DNA of 64,000 nt from Candidatus Eiseniibacteriota bacterium (GTDB lineage Bacteria; Eisenbacteria; RBG-16-71-46). The stretch covers positions 3,648,001 through 3,712,000 of the forward strand of contig OY970342.1 of assembly GCA_963717505.1 (NCBI GenBank). The letters are read 5' to 3'. The notes beneath the pieces are model-generated. The model was not told the DNA's origin and ran no database searches. It worked only from the letters and a program-made list of their open reading frames with translations. Position numbers and translations under genes: made by a program. Below are positions 18,764 through 29,251 of this stretch, piece by piece. The first letter of the stretch is position 1. The number at the start of each line of letters is the position of its first letter.

Positions 18764-21001
18764 CTAGCCGGGCAAACCCATCGAGAGGACGAGACGGATG
18801 CTTCGTGGCGCCTGAGGATGGGTGTGCACGTCGGCAATCCCTTGCACCGGTTCACGGGGAAGCCGCGACGTGTAGTAGTAGTCCACGTCGCTCACCGCGC
18901 GATCGAGCAGATTGAACACCTGAAGTCCGACCGCCCAGCGGCTGTGTGCGCGATAGCCGAGTTGCATGTTCAGAACCGTCGATGGACGGGAACGTATCGA
19001 GTTGTCCTCGACCAGGGGCCGTGGCCCGAAGTACCGCACGCGCAATCCTGCGAACCCGCCCGCGGGATTCTCGTACTCGACGCCGGCCGAGGCCACGCCT
19101 TCCACCGCCCCGGGGATGCGATCGCCAGCCGGATCGGGGTCGCGGAATCGCGCCCGTGAATACGCAAGATCGGCGTCCATGTGCACATAGCCAACCGGAC
19201 GACATTCGCCCGACAGCTCGATGCCGGTCCGGCGGCTCGGACGACTCTGCGCAGTCAGCCCGGCGTCACCGACGAAGACGGTCTCCGAGGTGATATCGAG
19301 ACCCCAAATCGAAGTGGTGGCCGACCACCCGGGACCGCCAGCGAGCCGCGCACCGACCTCGGCGCCCTGGGTCCGAACGAGCATAGAACTGTTCTCGACG
19401 GGCGGCCCGCCCGGTACCGGAAAGTGTGTTGGCGCCGCTTGAATGCCCTGGGAGGCGCCACTCGAGCTGAAGCGCGCCCCGCGCGCGTCGGTCGAATGGA
19501 AGCCGTAACCCCAGTTCGCATAGAGATCGAGCGGCCCCCAGGGTCCTAGAATGAGGGAGGCTTTGGGAGACACGAGCCCAGTGATGTCATCACCTGAGAA
19601 GGGGGCGTAACTCGACGCCACACTGAATCGATATCCCTCGGCCCGAACCCCGAGCACCGTCCGCAGGCGCGACCTCCATCGTATGTCGGCCTGCACGAAC
19701 GGCGACACGCTCGACTCGAGGACATGGTCTTCCCGAGTCAGGGCGAGCCGACGCCGTGCCTCGGTATGATAGAGGCCAACGTGCGCAATGTTGTCATGAC
19801 GGATGTCGACGCCGATCGTCTGCTGCATTCCGGGATCGCCCGAAACGTGGGAGAGGCGGAGCCCGGTTACGACCCGTTCGTCCGCCTGCTCGATCTGGTC
19901 GCCGTGCAGCGTGTCGTCGAGGAAGTAGGTGAAGTTCGAGAACAAGTTCATTCGATACGCGATGATGTAGGCGCTCGCCTTGGTAGACGACTGAGCCCCG
20001 ATTCGCTGAAGTTGCGCCGAGAGACTGTATCGATACGTCGTCCCTCCGTCCGTCGGATCGATGGCGTCGAATCGGGAGATCACGCCAGAGGCTACCGCCC
20101 GTTCAGGGATCTGGTCGGTCGCGTTCCATCGACCGTCGTAGCCGATCGCGGTGACGCTCAGGCCACGCTCCGGCGTGCCGAGGCTGTAGCGAACCAGCCC
20201 ATTGATCTTCCGGTATTCGTCCGGATGAACCCACGGGCCATCGTTCCGGACCAGCTCGATGGCCCCGAGCACAGTGCCGGATGCCAGGCGTGGCGAAGCG
20301 CCCACCAGCAGCCGAAGATAGCCATCATCTCCCGGTGTGAGTGAAACGATCGGGCCCGGGAGCGCGTTCCGATAGGAGATGTTGGCCGAGCCGGCGCTCG
20401 AGAAGTCTCCGTCCTCCACCGAATAGGTGCCCTTCCGGTATTGAACTCCGCTCACCAATTCGGGGATGGCGAAGCCGAGATCGGTGTAGCCCTGCCCGTG
20501 AGCGTGGGTCGGCATGTTCATCGGCACACCCGCGATCGTCGTCGCGAAGTCGGTGCCGTGGTCGAGGTTGAAGCCGCGCAGATAGTACTGGTTCGCCTTG
20601 CCCTCGCCGCTGTGCTGGCTGATCAGCACGCCGGGAATGCTCTCCAGGACATCCCCGGCGCGGAGCGACGGCCGGAGCGCGAGTTGTTTCGCCGTCACCA
20701 GACCTTGGGATGCGGCCGACCGCGGTGCGAGCGAACCCTCGTATGAACCAACCACTTCGACCGTCGGGAGGACGTATTTCACCTTGATGCTATCAGCCTC
20801 GGTCACCCTCGCGGTCGAATCGGACGCCGCACCGGGCGGCTCATTGGCACGGACCGCCGGCGATCGGGTCAGGAGAGCGCCGGTCAAGCTCACCAGGAAG
20901 ACGGCAACGGTCCGGACCCTACCCACACGCACCCGACGCCCAGGTTCAGCGATCACGTGATGAGTCCTTCCACTGCCAGGGCGACCGCAAACGCTATCCA
21001 T
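18764..21001 (-). CDS. TonB-dependent receptor, His-motif type, possibly metal uptake (start uncertain)
   Basis: TonB-box-like TVEVVG, plug [39 protein letters not shown]. Confidence 0.88.
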   Translation of the reverse strand: MDSVCGRPGSGRTHHVIAEPGRRVRVGRVRTVAVFLVSLTGALLTRSPAVRANEPPGAASDSTARVTEADSIKVKYVLPTVEVVGSYEGSLAPRSAASQGLVTAKQLALRPSLRAGDVLESIPGVLISQHSGEGKANQYYLRGFNLDHGTDFATTIAGVPMNMPTHAHGQGYTDLGFAIPELVSGVQYRKGTYSVEDGDFSSAGSANISYRNALPGPIVSLTPGDDGYLRLLVGASPRLASGTVLGAIELVRNDGPWVHPDEYRKINGLVRYSLGTPERGLSVTAIGYDGRWNATDQIPERAVASGVISRFDAIDPTDGGTTYRYSLSAQLQRIGAQSSTKASAYIIAYRMNLFSNFTYFLDDTLHGDQIEQADERVVTGLRLSHVSGDPGMQQTIGVDIRHDNIAHVGLYHTEARRRLALTREDHVLESSVSPFVQADIRWRSRLRTVLGVRAEGYRFSVASSYAPFSGDDITGLVSPKASLILGPWGPLDLYANWGYGFHSTDARGARFSSSGASQGIQAAPTHFPVPGGPPVENSSMLVRTQGAEVGARLAGGPGWSATTSIWGLDITSETVFVGDAGLTAQSRPSRRTGIELSGECRPVGYVHMDADLAYSRARFRDPDPAGDRIPGAVEGVASAGVEYENPAGGFAGLRVRYFGPRPLVEDNSIRSRPSTVLNMQLGYRAHSRWAVGLQVFNLLDRAVSDVDYYYTSRLPREPVQGIADVHTHPQAPRSIRLVLSMGLPG

Positions 21002-21012
21002 CGTCGCGTGCC

Positions 21013-21042
21013 GGCGGCGATCCGGGCTCCCGGACCGCCGCC
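21013..21042 (-). terminator. GC-rich hairpin after the upstream receptor gene (terminator-like or mRNA stabiliser; no U-tract)
   Basis: GGCGGCG-A-TCCGGG-CT-CCCGGA-C-CGCCGCC. Confidence 0.4.
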
Positions 21043-21050
21043 TGCCTGCC

Positions 21051-23273
21051 TCAGAACTTCGCGGTGACCCGCACGGTCACGTTACGGCCGGGGGCTTCCG
21101 CGTACGTCTTGTAGCGGCTCATGAAATCCCGATAGGACTCGTCGAACAGATTGCGCACGGTCAGGTCGACGTCCACATTGCGATCCCCGGCCGGGATTTG
21201 CACTCCGGCCTCGAGGTGCGCCAAAGCGTATCCGTCGGTCGCGGTGTCGAACGGGTCGAGCCGTGTCTGCTCGGCCACGAACTCGCCGCGCATCCCCACG
21301 TGGCTCTCGATCCGACCGAACGCCTCCGGCTCCCAGCGCACGCCGAGTTGCCCGCGAAACGGCGGAATCCATGGCAGCGGCACGTCCGACGTGGTGTTGT
21401 CGCCGACCACGTGCTCGGCGGTCGCCATCAGATGGACCTGTGCGATCGGGTGCAGCTCGCCCGAAAACTCGAAGCCGGAGAGCAGGGCGTCGCCCTGGAC
21501 GACCTGGAAGATCTCGAAGCCGGAGCCGGGATCGATGTTGCCCGTCGGCTGCGAATAAATGAAGTCCTGGATCGAGTTCACGAAGCCGCTGATCTCGGCT
21601 CGCGCCCGAGACCCCTGGAATCGAATCGCGAGGTCGCCGTTGAGCGACTGCTCGACGTCGAGACCCGGATCGCCGACCTCGAACGCCACGGTGCCCTCGT
21701 GCACGCCGTTCGCGAACAGGTCGAAGCTCGAAGGCGCGCGGAAACCGCGGCCCAGGTTGGCGACCACCGCCGTATTCTCCCCGATCCGGTAGAGCGCGCC
21801 CAGGTTGCCGGTGACCGCGTCCCAGGTTCGCGTCTGTGCGGTCACGCCGAGATCGACGTCGTCCTCGGCTTCGAGCTCACGATGGTCGTAGCGCACACCG
21901 AACGACCAATGCCAGGCGTCGCGATCGATCTGCTCGAACGCAAACAGGGCGGCGTCCCACGCCGAAGAATTAGGGATCAGCGACTCCTCTCCCGACTTCT
22001 CGAAGTCCTGGTTGAAGAACGACGCGCCGACGATGCCTTCGAGCGGGCCCAGGGCTCGATGCGTGTATTGGGCGTCGGCGGTGGCAGTGGTCGCCTCGAG
22101 TCCGAGCGCGACGTTGGGGTCGTCCGCGGCCTCGAACTCGCGCCGGAAGTTGCGCTCGTATGCGCCGCGAACCTGGATGCGCTGGCCGCTTCCAATCGGC
22201 AGGAGCAGCCGCGCATTGCCGGCGTCGTCGATGATCTTCTGGTAGGGCGTTGCGGTCGGATCCTCGGCCGGATCCTCGTGGATCTGGATCTCTTCGTTGC
22301 GATGGGTGTAGCCGCCGTCCACCGAGCCCCAGCCACCGCGCCAGCCGACTGCGCCACTGCCGGTCAAGGCTTCGTTTCCGCTGTTGAACAGGTCCTCCGA
22401 GGGGGTGCTGATGTCGTCGCTCTCCCGCGTGACGAAGCCGCCCCGCCAGCCGAAACCCTGGACCCCGCCCTCGAGCATCGCACCGCCCTCGAGGTTGTCG
22501 TCGACCGAGCCAGCCGCGCCGAATACCGATCCACGCACGATCGGCCCGCGGTCGAACGCGGTCGGCAGCTCGCGATGGATGACGTTGACCACCCCACCCA
22601 GCGCGTCCGAACCGTAGAGCACGCTCGCCGGTCCGCGGATCACCTCGATGCGTTCGATGCTCGCGGTCTCGACTTGAGGACCGTGCTCGTCGCCCCATTG
22701 CTGGTTCTCGATCCGCTGCCCTTCGTTGACCATCACCACCCGGTCGGAGCGGAGCCCGCGGATGCTGGGCTTGCCGACGCCGCTGCCGGTGCTCCAGTTG
22801 CGGACCCCGGGCAAGAGCTCGAGTGTCGCCCCGAGCGAGGGCTGGAGCGCCGAGTGCAGCTGCTCCCCGCTGAGCACGCTGGTCGGCTGCGGGGAGGTCA
22901 GGGCTTCGGTCGGACTGGGGCTGGCCGTGACCTGGGCGCCGGGGACCTCGATCATGGACTCGCGCAGCGTCACGTCGAGCGGCGCCTGACTGGTGAACAC
23001 GAAATGGCGAACCTCGGTCGCGTAGCCGATGCGCTGGAACGACACGTGGTAGGTACCGAACGGAACCGCGGGGATCGTGTAGCGGCCGTCGGCGCCGCTG
23101 GCGGTGCCGCGGCGCAGCTCGACAACGCTGACCTGGACCTCGGGGACGCCATTCCCCGCCGCGTCGAGAACGTGGCCGGAGAGCGCTGCCGACCGGGCTT
23201 CCGCAGCAACCTGTGCGCTGGCCGGCCTCGGCGCCGAGAGCAGCAGCAAGACAAGAACTCCAAGGATCCGCAT
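21051..23273 (-). CDS. TonB-dependent receptor with N-terminal carboxypeptidase-regulatory-like domain (ZnuD-like)
   Basis: KPSIRGL, QQWGDEHG, IEVIRGPASVLYGSDALGGVVN, NGVHEGT, C-terminal Phe. Confidence 0.92.
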   Translation of the reverse strand: MRILGVLVLLLLSAPRPASAQVAAEARSAALSGHVLDAAGNGVPEVQVSVVELRRGTASGADGRYTIPAVPFGTYHVSFQRIGYATEVRHFVFTSQAPLDVTLRESMIEVPGAQVTASPSPTEALTSPQPTSVLSGEQLHSALQPSLGATLELLPGVRNWSTGSGVGKPSIRGLRSDRVVMVNEGQRIENQQWGDEHGPQVETASIERIEVIRGPASVLYGSDALGGVVNVIHRELPTAFDRGPIVRGSVFGAAGSVDDNLEGGAMLEGGVQGFGWRGGFVTRESDDISTPSEDLFNSGNEALTGSGAVGWRGGWGSVDGGYTHRNEEIQIHEDPAEDPTATPYQKIIDDAGNARLLLPIGSGQRIQVRGAYERNFRREFEAADDPNVALGLEATTATADAQYTHRALGPLEGIVGASFFNQDFEKSGEESLIPNSSAWDAALFAFEQIDRDAWHWSFGVRYDHRELEAEDDVDLGVTAQTRTWDAVTGNLGALYRIGENTAVVANLGRGFRAPSSFDLFANGVHEGTVAFEVGDPGLDVEQSLNGDLAIRFQGSRARAEISGFVNSIQDFIYSQPTGNIDPGSGFEIFQVVQGDALLSGFEFSGELHPIAQVHLMATAEHVVGDNTTSDVPLPWIPPFRGQLGVRWEPEAFGRIESHVGMRGEFVAEQTRLDPFDTATDGYALAHLEAGVQIPAGDRNVDVDLTVRNLFDESYRDFMSRYKTYAEAPGRNVTVRVTAKF

Positions 23274-23384
23274 GGTCACCTCGAAATGGCGGCGTCCTCC
23301 GCGCGCGTGGGCGGGCGGAAACTGCCGCGACTTGATGGACTGCAGGAGGTGCGCGGGCCGGAGGGCCCGCGAGGTCACCGCGAA

Positions 23385-23699
23385 TCAGGAAATCGGCGGA
23401 GCGCGCGGGAAGCCGGCGGGAGCGTGAACCTGCGGCTTCGCGATTGCGGGACAACCGGGGCGGGGGTCTTCGGCGGCAGGCAGCGGCGGTGGGCCGACGT
23501 CGCCATCCTCGACCACTGCGGCGGCATGAAGCGACGAGCACGCGGTGCACGGATGCAGTCCGCCGCGCTCGTTCTCGCACGCCGGGTCACTCAGGTGGTG
23601 CCAGACGTGTGCGGCCGATCCGAGCACCAACACGGCGAGCGCGACGTAGGACAGCGGGCGCAGCCACGCCAGTGTTCGAAGTCGATCGGATCGGGACAT
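23385..23699 (-). CDS. DUF2946-like leader protein with CxxC and C-terminal RAPP motif
   Basis: TM segment, HVWHH, HPCTACSSLH, Pro-rich linker, PRAPPIS-stop directly upstream of a TonB-dependent receptor. Confidence 0.8.
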   Translation of the reverse strand: MSRSDRLRTLAWLRPLSYVALAVLVLGSAAHVWHHLSDPACENERGGLHPCTACSSLHAAAVVEDGDVGPPPLPAAEDPRPGCPAIAKPQVHAPAGFPRAPPIS

Positions 23700-23757
23700 C
23701 GCGCCGGGATTCAACCACGCAAGACCCGGAGCCCGCAATGCGCCTTGATCGCCACGT

Positions 23758-23806
23758 AAGATGGTGGAGCTGAACGGGATCGAACCGTCGACCTCTTGAC
23801 TGCCAG
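23758..23806 (-). repeat. att-like duplicate of the tRNA-Ala 3' half
   Basis: 49 bp identical to 25993-26041; identity begins at the 7-nt anticodon loop. Confidence 0.92.
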
Positions 23807-24179
23807 ACCTTCACCGCCGCCAGCACGAAGCGACAGTCGCGCAATGTATTGCCAAGATCCACAAGGGATTCCGTGCGCCCCACAGCTGGGCCTCGCGGGC
23901 ATCCAAAGGCAGCGAAAGCCCCCCGGAGGAACAGCGAACGGGACGGATTGTCCCGTTTATCCTCTTGGCCTCCGGCTAGCAAGGCGAATAGGCTGGGCCG
24001 GACTGCTGGGCCGGCGACCCGCGGATGCTGTCTGGAGGGCAAGGATGCCGCAAGAATGCAAGACTTGCTCGACCCCAATCGGTTTGAGATCGACCGCCTG
24101 GTCGCCGAGGGTGCGGCAATGTGACGCGCCGGCGCCGAAGCGGTAAGTATCCCCGCATGCACCGCCGGGGATTCAGCCC

Positions 24180-25904
24180 ATGAATGATTGGGTCGGCCGC
24201 ACCGTTTCCCACTTCAAGATTCTCGAGCGACTGGGAGGCGGGGGAATGGGCGAGGTCTATCTCGCTCAGGACACGACGCTCGGGCGGCTCGTGGCGCTCA
24301 AGTTCATCTCGGAATCCATCCAGGACAACCCGGTCGCAGCCGATCGGTTCATGCGAGAGGCGCGCGCCGTCGCGGCGCTCAACCATCCTCACATCTGCGC
24401 GATCTACGAGACGGGGGAATTCGAGCGACAGCCGTTTCTGGCTATGGAGTACCTGAAAGGAAAGACCCTCCGCGACGAGATCACAGCGCAACCCCTGGCT
24501 CCGGCTGACGTGACGAACATCGCCCTCCAGCTCGCCGATGCGCTGTCCGAGGCCCATACGAAGGGAATCCTGCATCGAGATCTCAAGCCTGAGAACGTCT
24601 TCCTCGTGAAGAAGCGGACGGTGAAACTCCTGGACTTCGGGCTGGCCAAGTCGTTTGGCGCTTCCGCCAATGCCACGGACGCCACGACGATCACCGAAGA
24701 TCGGACCCTGGAGATGCCGGCGCCGGCCCGCCCCGATCTGCCGACGATCACGCAGGTCGGCGCCCTGGTCGGAACCCTGAGGTACATGTCACCCGAGCAG
24801 CTCCGCGGAGAGCGGCTGGATGCGCGCTCCGACCTATTCTCATTGGGAATTGTCCTCTACGAGGCAATCATCGGGAAAGCGCCGTTCGCTGGCACCATGG
24901 CTCACGAAGTGTGCCTGTCCATCCTGAACGAGACGCCGCCGCCCCCGCGATCGCTCCGCGGCGATGTCCCGGAGCCGTTGTCCAAGCTGATCGATCAACT
25001 ACTCGAGAAAGATCCGGACCGTCGCTTCGAGTCGGCCGCCAAGCTGAGCGATGCGCTGATGGGCGCGACGCCGAGCGCACCCTCGAACGTCGTCGCGGAG
25101 GGACCCGCGGTTGCTCTGCCCTCGCTCGGCGTCAAGCGATCCAGCCTGCACGTCTGGGTTTTCACGGTGGGCTTCATTGCGATCCTGGAATGGTTGCTCC
25201 TGACCATGGTCTTCAAGCGATCGCCGAGCGGCGTGGTCGGCTGGATGGGTCTCGGGGGAGCAATCTGCATCGCGATCAGTCCCGTCGTCTGGGGGCTCTC
25301 GCTCATGAGGAGGCAACGCGAAGGCGCGGCGCGTGTGGTTCGCCTCCAGGCACCGCCCGATTCACGCGGGAGGATCCGGCTGACGTGGTGGGCCGTGGTC
25401 TCTTTCACCGTGCTGTCCAGCCTGGGTCTTGTTTTTCTCGTCATCGTCTGGCTGCTGCCGACTTCGGGACCCGCGAAGACCGCTCCCCCCACGGCGCCAT
25501 CCCTGATCCCCTTGGTAATCGCATACGTGCCCGTGACCGTGCTGTTTTGGACCATCCTCTTGCGATCGCGTGGCTGGCGCCATGGAACGCGAACGCGCTG
25601 GCATCGAACGATGGACCTCGAGGTGAACGGGACGTATCCGCAGGTCCTGGCGTGTTGCTCGCACGCCATGTCGGCCGTGGGAGCGCGGGTGACGGGGCTC
25701 GACTTGGATCGCGGACTGATCGACGCAAGGACGCCGGTGAGCCTTCTGAACTGGGGTGAAAGGCTCACGTTCCGGGTTCAGCGCAGTGGTGCTGAACGAT
25801 GTTCGATCGCGCTCGAAAGCGATTGCTTGAATCCCGTCATTCTCTCGGACTTCGGGAAGAATGCCGCCAACCTGAGAAAGATCGCCGAGACGATGGTGGT
25901 CTAG
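24180..25904 (+). CDS. Ser/Thr kinase with four TM helices and an unknown C-terminal domain
   Basis: GGGGMG, VALK, HRDLKPEN, DFGLAK, YMSPEQ; four hydrophobic segments. Confidence 0.9.
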   Translation: MNDWVGRTVSHFKILERLGGGGMGEVYLAQDTTLGRLVALKFISESIQDNPVAADRFMREARAVAALNHPHICAIYETGEFERQPFLAMEYLKGKTLRDEITAQPLAPADVTNIALQLADALSEAHTKGILHRDLKPENVFLVKKRTVKLLDFGLAKSFGASANATDATTITEDRTLEMPAPARPDLPTITQVGALVGTLRYMSPEQLRGERLDARSDLFSLGIVLYEAIIGKAPFAGTMAHEVCLSILNETPPPPRSLRGDVPEPLSKLIDQLLEKDPDRRFESAAKLSDALMGATPSAPSNVVAEGPAVALPSLGVKRSSLHVWVFTVGFIAILEWLLLTMVFKRSPSGVVGWMGLGGAICIAISPVVWGLSLMRRQREGAARVVRLQAPPDSRGRIRLTWWAVVSFTVLSSLGLVFLVIVWLLPTSGPAKTAPPTAPSLIPLVIAYVPVTVLFWTILLRSRGWRHGTRTRWHRTMDLEVNGTYPQVLACCSHAMSAVGARVTGLDLDRGLIDARTPVSLLNWGERLTFRVQRSGAERCSIALESDCLNPVILSDFGKNAANLRKIAETMVV

Positions 25905-25996
25905 CGGCTCTCTGACGATCGATCCACCTCGACGTCGGTCTCTGTCGAGCCCCGGAGCGCGCGTCGGACTCCCCTCTCACATCTGCGAAGCCAAGA

Positions 25997-26072
25997 TGGT
26001 GGAGCTGAACGGGATCGAACCGTCGACCTCTTGACTGCCAGTCAAGCGCTCTCCCAACTGAGCTACAGCCCC
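25997..26072 (-). tRNA. tRNA-Ala(GGC)
   Basis: GGGGCTGTAGCTCAGTTGGGAGAGCGCTTGACTGGCAGTCAAGAGGTCGACGGTTCGATCCCGTTCAGCTCCACCA, 76 nt, G3-U70, encoded CCA. Confidence 0.97.
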
Positions 26073-26280
26073 ACCTCGCGGACCCCCGTGTGTACACTAC
26101 CGCGGAAGCCGCGGTCAACGACGCGCCGCGAGAAGTCCGGCCGATGCACCCATCCCGACTACGGCGTGCAAGACGCACGATGAGCGGCTGGCCAAGCCCG
26201 TTCCGATCCACCATTTAGACCGGGCCCAACCCGTTTCCCTCCAACGTATTGGCCCATGACTCTCACATTCTGCATCACCA

Positions 26281-26300
26281 CGGTATGGCCCATGCGATGC
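26281..26300 (+). promoter_or_regulatory. Possible sigma54 promoter
   Basis: Two overlapping GG-N10-GC registers (CGGTATGGCCCATGC and TGGCCCATGCGATGC) about 80 bp before 26378. Confidence 0.4.
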
Positions 26301-26377
26301 CTTGGAGTGGGAGGTCCCCGCCTAGGGCGTGGACTACCTGATCACGCCGCTCGAAGCGGCACGCAAACGAGGAAGCC

Positions 26378-27118
26378 ATGTCGGACATCCGGAACCAGCC
26401 GAACGCTCGACCGCCCCTGGCGGTGATCGTCGGCGTGCCCGCCGCACTCGCGGTGGCGGCGATCGCTGCGTCGTGGCGCGGCGCTCCGGGGACCGACTTC
26501 TGGATCTGGTTCGCGGCCTGCCTCGCGGGCGAGTTGCTGTGGGTGCGACTGGCGCTCGGCGGCATCACCATGAACATGGCGCTCGCCTGCAACTTCGGCG
26601 CGCTGCTGCTGCTCTCCCGCGGCGAGGCCATGGTCGCGGCGGCGGCCTCGACGCTGATCGCCGAGATGGTGTTCCTGAGAAAGCCGCTGGTCCGTTGCGT
26701 CTTCAATAGCGCACAGAGCGCCCTCGCGGTCGGCGCCGCCTCACTCGCCATGGGGCTGATCTCGAGCGGCGCACGCCTGAGCGCCGAGGCCAACCCGGTG
26801 GTGCTGCTCGGCGCGGTCGGCGCCGCGGTCACCTACTTCGTGGTCAACAACGTCTCGGTCGCGCTCGCGGTCAGCGCCGCCGACGGAGTTCCGTTCGTCA
26901 AGGTGTGGGACACCAACTTCGGCTCGAAGTTCAACATGATGTCGAGCGGCGCCCTGTTCTCGCTGGGCGCCATGATGGCCGTCGCCTACGCTCTCGCCGG
27001 ACCGCTTTACTCGCTGCTCGGCGTCCTGCCGATCCTGATCACGTACGCGGCCTACCGCATGACGTACATGTCCGCGTCCAAGGACGCGCGACCCACCGAG
27101 TCGCGCTGGGCCGCGTAG
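26378..27118 (+). CDS. Polytopic membrane protein resembling the N-terminal sensor region of HD-GYP/GGDEF proteins, without an output domain
   Basis: About seven TMs, RCVFNSAQ and YFVVN motifs; GAGGA RBS. Confidence 0.7.
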   Translation: MSDIRNQPNARPPLAVIVGVPAALAVAAIAASWRGAPGTDFWIWFAACLAGELLWVRLALGGITMNMALACNFGALLLLSRGEAMVAAAASTLIAEMVFLRKPLVRCVFNSAQSALAVGAASLAMGLISSGARLSAEANPVVLLGAVGAAVTYFVVNNVSVALAVSAADGVPFVKVWDTNFGSKFNMMSSGALFSLGAMMAVAYALAGPLYSLLGVLPILITYAAYRMTYMSASKDARPTESRWAA

Positions 27119-27156
27119 GCCCGGCGCCGCGACCCCGCGGCGCACGTCGACCCCTC

Positions 27157-29251
27157 CTACTGCCGTAGCCCCTCGGGCGCGAGATCGCCGCCGGGCAACG
27201 CCGCCCGAATCCGCGCCACCCATTGCTCGGCCTCGGGATCGCCGCGCGTTGCCCGCGAGCTTGAAGTAACGCTCGAATGACGCCAGTGCTTCCAGGTAGC
27301 GCTGGCGCTGGGTCTGCACCATCGCCCAGCGGCGCCAGGCCACCGGGTCCTCCGGTGCCAGCAATCGCGCGGCGAGTGCCTCGATCGCACCGGCGGGATC
27401 GTCAGGATCGCGCACCAGGTAGAGGTCGGCGAGCAGGCCGTGGGCGGCCGGATCGAGCGCGTGCCGAAATACCGCATGGGTCATCACGGTCAGCGCGCCG
27501 CTCAAGTCACCGGCCGTGGACAGCTCGAGCGCGTGCGCACGTTCGGGCGCGGGGCCGACGTCGGCGACATAGCCGGCCCGTCCCAGTGCCGCGATCGCCG
27601 AGTCCCGATCGCCGGCCGCCAGGTGGCACCAGGCGATCCAGTAATTGGCGCGAATATCGCTCGGGTTCCGTTCCAGGTCGAGGCGCAGCGCGTCGCGCGC
27701 CCCGGGCGGCCACTCGCTCACCAGCATGCCGTACGCGATCTGTGCGTAGAGGTCGGGACCACCTTCTAATTCCACCAGGGAGTCGCCAGCCCCGATGAAG
27801 AAGAACAGCGGTCCACGTCGCGCCTTGTCGAGCGAGAAGTTGTTCAGGTAGTACGAGCGCAGGCTGGTGTCGCGGTAGGCCCAGCGCACGAACGGGCCGT
27901 CGGCGACCTGGAACGCGATGTTGCCGCGCAGCCCGGCGTAGAACAGGGTGCTGCGCGGGGGCAGCTCGGGCTTGAGCGCGCGCAGGTCCTCGAGGTAGAG
28001 CCCGCAGTAGCGGGTCGCGCGCTCGATGTAGAACTTGTTGATGTGCGAGGCCTCGGTCCACGGACTGCGCGGGGTCGCGAATTCGTCGACATGGCGTGCG
28101 CTGTTCGAGCCCCACGCCAAAAGCGCGAACGCCGCCATCGCCCACCCGCGCGGCAGTGCCGAGAGCGCAGCACCCAGCGCGATCGCCACGCCGCACATGG
28201 CGTACAAGTAGTAGTAGGCACTCCAGAGAATCGCGACCGCGATCACCGGCACCACCGCGAGCAGGGCCCAGGCGACGCCGGTAACCATGGCGTGGCGCCT
28301 CGCGGAAGCCTGGACGCGCACACCGCCCGCTTCGGGCTTCGCTGAAACGCCCGCCGGCTTTCTGCGCGACACGAGCCCTGCGTACCGCGCAGCGGCGCCC
28401 GCGCCGAACAGAGCGAGGAGCCCGAGCGCCAGCGACACCAGCGGTGGTCCCACCGTGGGCAGCCGGAACATTTCGCCCTTGCGAGCTTCGGCCCCGAGCA
28501 TCACCTGGATCAGGTGAACGTAGGTCGCGACCGGCCCCCAGGGATGCAGTTCGGCTTCGGTGCCCGCCGCCTGTCGCGTGTGCGGCGCGAACAGCCAGAC
28601 CGCCCCGTAGATCCCGACGCCGATCATCAGCGGCCACGCTCGCTTCGCCGCGGTGATGAGCGACTCCCCCGGCCGGCGGTCGGCGATCGCCGCGATCGCC
28701 GGGGTCAGCAGCACGACCTCTTTGGAAAGCGCCGCCAGCGCCATGGTCACGGTCGCCAATCCGCGACGCCCCGACAGGTGAAGCAGGATGGTGGCGAGCG
28801 CACCGCTCACCGACAGCAGTTCCTGACTGCCGCACGCCCAGCGGATCGGTACGTCGGCGGTGTAGTGCACGGCCATCAGCGCGGTCGCGAACGTTGCGGC
28901 GTAGTTCCCGGCTAGCCGACGCGCGACCAGGAACAGCAGCGACAGGAGTCCGACGTAGGCGATGAGCCCGGTGACGTGGAACGCCAGCTCGGATTCGTTG
29001 CTCACCCCGGCGACGCACCAGAAGTAGAGCTGCCGCGAGATCGGGCGGTAGAAGTTGCTCAGCGGATCGGGCGTGGCCAGCGCCTGGCCGAGGGTCTTGT
29101 CGCGGACCTGGTCGAGGAACAGGAAGTCGTCGGCGAAGAACGCGGTGTGGATCGCCGGCAAGTAGAGGGCAACGCACGCCGCCGCGACCAGAACGAACAG
29201 GAGCCAGGGGGACTGCAGCCACCCGGGCTCGCGTGGCGTCGCGCGACTCAG
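27157..29251 (-). CDS. GT-C-like (PMT/TMTC-type) membrane protein with C-terminal TPRs; apparent frameshift near 27250
   Basis: FFADDFLFL, NFYRPIS, ALSKE motifs; TPR tail continues in another frame to the stop at 27157; start probably overlaps the upstream stop. Confidence 0.7.

Larger units (their letters stand above)
23758..26041. mobile_element. Integrase-less genomic islet at tRNA-Ala carrying one kinase
   Basis: Bounded by the perfect 49-bp direct repeat. Confidence 0.75.

Noticed and set aside
21198-23759. Long antisense ORFs (853 aa here; also 3247-4776, 56147-58021, 41812-43179)
   Set aside because: Shadow frames typical of high-GC coding DNA, with no recognisable motifs.
23807-24179. 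Integrase remnant inside the tRNA-Ala islet
   Set aside because: No recognisable tyrosine or serine recombinase motifs in the short ORFs.
27240-27260. Frameshift in the TPR tail as programmed recoding
   Set aside because: Restoring 2 nt in a GC dinucleotide run repairs it and there is no slippery heptamer; a sequencing or consensus error is more likely.
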